Virus record (IMG/VR): IMGVR_UViG_3300006947_002434
Location: 1-57,172 of that record
Reading direction: 5' to 3' (one strand)
DNA from: a virus
Taxonomy: Duplodnaviria > Caudoviricetes
DNA: 57,172 bases
In this document: piece by piece, positions 54,938 to 57,172 of the stretch
Position numbering within the stretch: the stretch's first letter is position 1
How the letters are laid out: every line of letters begins with the position of its first letter
The notes under the pieces: model-generated
What the model was told of the DNA's origin: nothing
The model's database searches: none
The model's input: the letters and a program-made list of their open reading frames with translations, nothing else
Translations under genes and position numbers: made by a program

Positions 54938-55468
54938 TAATTTAGTTAAAAATTCATCCCAGAGATATAAAGATCTATCTTTTAAAGTTTTCCACATATC
55001 TTCTTCTGTAATTCTCCAAGCATTAAAATATATTTCTTTTAGTACTTTTCCTTCATCTACCCCAGCAGTAACTTTATGTATAACACAACCCATTACCTTA
55101 TGTTTAGCTTTAAATGCTCTCATTTGAGGATCTTTACCTTTAAGTTCTGGGTATTTAGTAATTAATCCTGGGTGGCCATTATATATCTCATGGGTAATGC
55201 ATACTTCTTTAGGTATTATTCTTAACCAACCATGCAGAGTAATAAAAGCTTGTGGTATATACTGTAATACTTCTAAATAATCATCTTCTGTAGGGTTATT
55301 ATTAAATGTAAAATAACCTTTCTCTTCTATTCTAGGGTCTATAGTTCTAAGGTGATCAGGTCTATCATTAGTAATAATTCTATCAGGCCATCTGCCAAGT
55401 CTTTCTGCTATGTCTGCTATTTCTGCTCCTGTCTGGCTAAAGAATGCTATCCAAAATTTAGTTTCCAT
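54920..55468 (-). CDS. PurN-like formyltransferase (DpdN candidate)
   Basis: FFSQTG, TLHGWLRIIP, YNGHPGL, G.VIH.V..GVDEG. Confidence 0.8.
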   Translation of the reverse strand: METKFWIAFFSQTGAEIADIAERLGRWPDRIITNDRPDHLRTIDPRIEEKGYFTFNNNPTEDDYLEVLQYIPQAFITLHGWLRIIPKEVCITHEIYNGHPGLITKYPELKGKDPQMRAFKAKHKVMGCVIHKVTAGVDEGKVLKEIYFNAWRITEEDMWKTLKDRSLYLWDEFLTKLLGIHK

Positions 55469-56252
55469 TAGTAAACCATTTAAATTTCTGTAAATTAGTC
55501 ATTATCTTATTACAATCTTCAACTTTATAATTTATTAATTCAAATAACTTTTGAGATTCCTTATCCCAAAGTCCTTCAGAACCATATTCAATTCCCTTTA
55601 TGCCGTGTACTATTGGATTGGAAGTATCTAAAGAATATATCCAATCATAATTAGAATTCTTATAGAAGCTAAATTCTTGAGGTAATCCACAACCTAGAAG
55701 GTGATGAGGTTTGTCAGTATTTATAATACCGTCTCTGAGTAGATCTCCTAGTAGCTTAACACGTCCTAACATCCAACTAACATACTTGTTAGGATGAGGA
55801 CAAGACTCTATGTAATACGAATAATCAAAAGATATTGCTATCATATCTACATTTGCAGATCTATCCATATACTTATAACAGTTTACTATTTCATCATATG
55901 TTTTACCTTGTACTACTCCAATCATCTTCCCAGGCAAACCCTTGTGATCAAATAACCAAGAATGCATTTGAGTTTGAGTCTTTTCACTATTTTCCAATGC
56001 ATCTGGGACTATGTACCAAGTAGGTTTTAAATGTTTAATCCATTTAGCAAACTCTTCAGCATCAAATGCTTCTTCTAATTCGAATATTGAATTATCTAAA
56101 ATAACTTCACGTCCATTCGAAATTGCAGTTTTGAATTGCTGCAAGTATTCTTTATCTTCTTCAAACAAATGTACTAAAGCATAATCATAATCAGTATACT
56201 GTTGAACTTTATTAAATATACTTTTAGGACTTTCGTGTGCTATTTTTATCAT
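55458..56252 (-). CDS. TGT/DpdA-like guanine transglycosylase-fold protein
   Basis: ILDNS.FE, VPD, GVVQG, HHLLG, SLDTS; next to queF and the formyltransferase. Confidence 0.65.
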   Translation of the reverse strand: MIKIAHESPKSIFNKVQQYTDYDYALVHLFEEDKEYLQQFKTAISNGREVILDNSIFELEEAFDAEEFAKWIKHLKPTWYIVPDALENSEKTQTQMHSWLFDHKGLPGKMIGVVQGKTYDEIVNCYKYMDRSANVDMIAISFDYSYYIESCPHPNKYVSWMLGRVKLLGDLLRDGIINTDKPHHLLGCGLPQEFSFYKNSNYDWIYSLDTSNPIVHGIKGIEYGSEGLWDKESQKLFELINYKVEDCNKIMTNLQKFKWFTNGN

Positions 56253-56464
56253 AACTTATTTAGGTTCCCAAGTTCTTTTGTTAAGTCATTTAACGCAGTA
56301 AATATTTCGGTCTCTGCTTTCTGGACTGTATTAGTAATATTATCTAATGCAGGTTGTTGCTCTGCAACTGTCTCTACTAAATATTGTTTAACTACACTAT
56401 AAGGAATCATATCAGTTTTCATTGATTCTATATAAACTACGTGTTCTTCTAATTTAAGGCTCAT
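56249..56464 (-). CDS. Hypothetical protein
   Basis: Coupled ORF. Confidence 0.6.
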   Translation of the reverse strand: MSLKLEEHVVYIESMKTDMIPYSVVKQYLVETVAEQQPALDNITNTVQKAETEIFTALNDLTKELGNLNKL

Positions 56465-57030
56465 TATATAATTGCTTCAGGTTGGTGAAATTTCTTTAAC
56501 TCATCAGTTGTAAAGAATTGAGTAAGGTCTGGTCTATAGTAGTTGATACTTTTCATTACTTTTCTGTCTCTTGTTCTATAGACAATATACCTTCCTTCCT
56601 CAACTTTCTCAAAATGACAGGCCTCACTTTGCTCCTGACTTCTTTCGCTGACGGTCTGTATGGCTTCTTTTTTAGTTTTACAAGCTTTACTAAGATTACT
56701 TCCTTGTACTTCTTGATAGGCTGGCCATATCTTGTCTTTAAGGCCATGTAACATAGTACCGTTCCCAAGGGAAACATAAGCAATATCGCACAAAGCGTCC
56801 AGAATTTCCACAATGTCGCCTCGTTCGCAAGCTTCTCTATATTCTTCAAGTTCTTCGAGGATAAAGTCGTATACGAATTGCCATTCTTTTTTAATCGGAA
56901 TAGTGGGCTCATAATTGTTAGGTTTATTAAATACGTCGTTAAATTTTTCTACTTCTGATACGAATGGAACGTAATCGTTAACCCATACGTGATCTGCTTC
57001 ATCTGGAAATAATTTTAATTGTTTACTCAT
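56464..57030 (-). CDS. MazG/PRA-PH-like nucleoside-triphosphate pyrophosphohydrolase
   Basis: FILEELEEY, EILDALCDI.YV, EV..SN.SK, KV.KS..Y..PDL. Confidence 0.85.
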   Translation of the reverse strand: MSKQLKLFPDEADHVWVNDYVPFVSEVEKFNDVFNKPNNYEPTIPIKKEWQFVYDFILEELEEYREACERGDIVEILDALCDIAYVSLGNGTMLHGLKDKIWPAYQEVQGSNLSKACKTKKEAIQTVSERSQEQSEACHFEKVEEGRYIVYRTRDRKVMKSINYYRPDLTQFFTTDELKKFHQPEAII

Positions 57031-57172
57031 TATTTTTAATTTTTTCTAATACTATATCAATTTTCTTTTCTATTACTTGTAATCTTTTATTTATTTTATA
57101 TGATTGATTAATTACAGCAATTTGTCTTTTTATATTCATTATTTTTAATTTTTATACTTATATGCTAATTTA

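Noticed and set aside
54920-55468. Housekeeping purN
   Set aside because: No other pur genes are present, the N-terminal loop is divergent (SQTG), and the context is queF and a TGT-like gene.
840-56751. Plus-strand ORFs in the track other than 8391-8627 (for example 14762-15250, 39247-39675, 47007-47351)
   Set aside because: They are antisense shadows of well-supported minus-strand genes, with Ser/Leu/Ile-rich composition and no promoter motif.
56556-56912. 118-aa alternative-frame ORF inside the MazG-like gene
   Set aside because: It is fully nested, with no recognisable motif or initiation signal; an overprinted gene cannot be supported.
1-57172. Stop-codon reassignment
   Set aside because: Conserved genes are full length in the standard code, and TAA, TAG and TGA all end genes at tight junctions.
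1-57172. Bacterial chromosome origin suggested by groESL, metK, apt, queF and rpsU
   Set aside because: These genes are out of normal operon context, PolA lacks the 5'-3' exonuclease, and the single-strand packing with many orphan ORFs is phage-like. A plasmid-like element cannot be fully excluded without structural genes.

Overview
This is an AT-rich, densely coded segment read in the standard genetic code, with almost all real genes on the minus strand. It looks like part of a large lytic dsDNA phage of Bacteroidota (probably Flavobacteriia). That is inferred from a Bacteroidota-type bS21, an Hc1-like nucleoid protein, Bacteroidota-style -33/-7 promoters, a phage-type PolA and many short orphan ORFs; no capsid or terminase gene is in the window. 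Modules in the direction of transcription (right to left): (1) MazG-like / TGT-DpdA-like / PurN-like formyltransferase / nucleotide kinase / secreted nuclease / QueF / PolA, a candidate 7-deazaguanine DNA-modification and replication operon; (2) MetK, Hsp20, GroES, GroEL, Hc1-like, an unannotated ArfA-like ORF, GNAT and bS21; (3) membrane and lysis-like genes including an outer-membrane beta-barrel; (4) a ~15 kb glycosylation island with MTA/SAH nucleosidase and APRT; (5) a circularly permuted ATP-grasp-like ligase fused to three tandem Hint domains, followed by a 47-aa peptide, a stand-alone degenerate Hint, a lipoprotein, an RMT2/GAMT-like and a SET methyltransferase, which is the best candidate for an undescribed system; (6) early-type small ORFs, 2OG-Fe(II) oxygenases and a long non-coding stretch. 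I also found two promoter classes, an AAAGGTT initiation-region motif and a GC-rich element repeated 45 kb apart. No tRNA, rRNA, CRISPR array or IS element was seen. All functional calls come from motif recognition by eye, without database searches.
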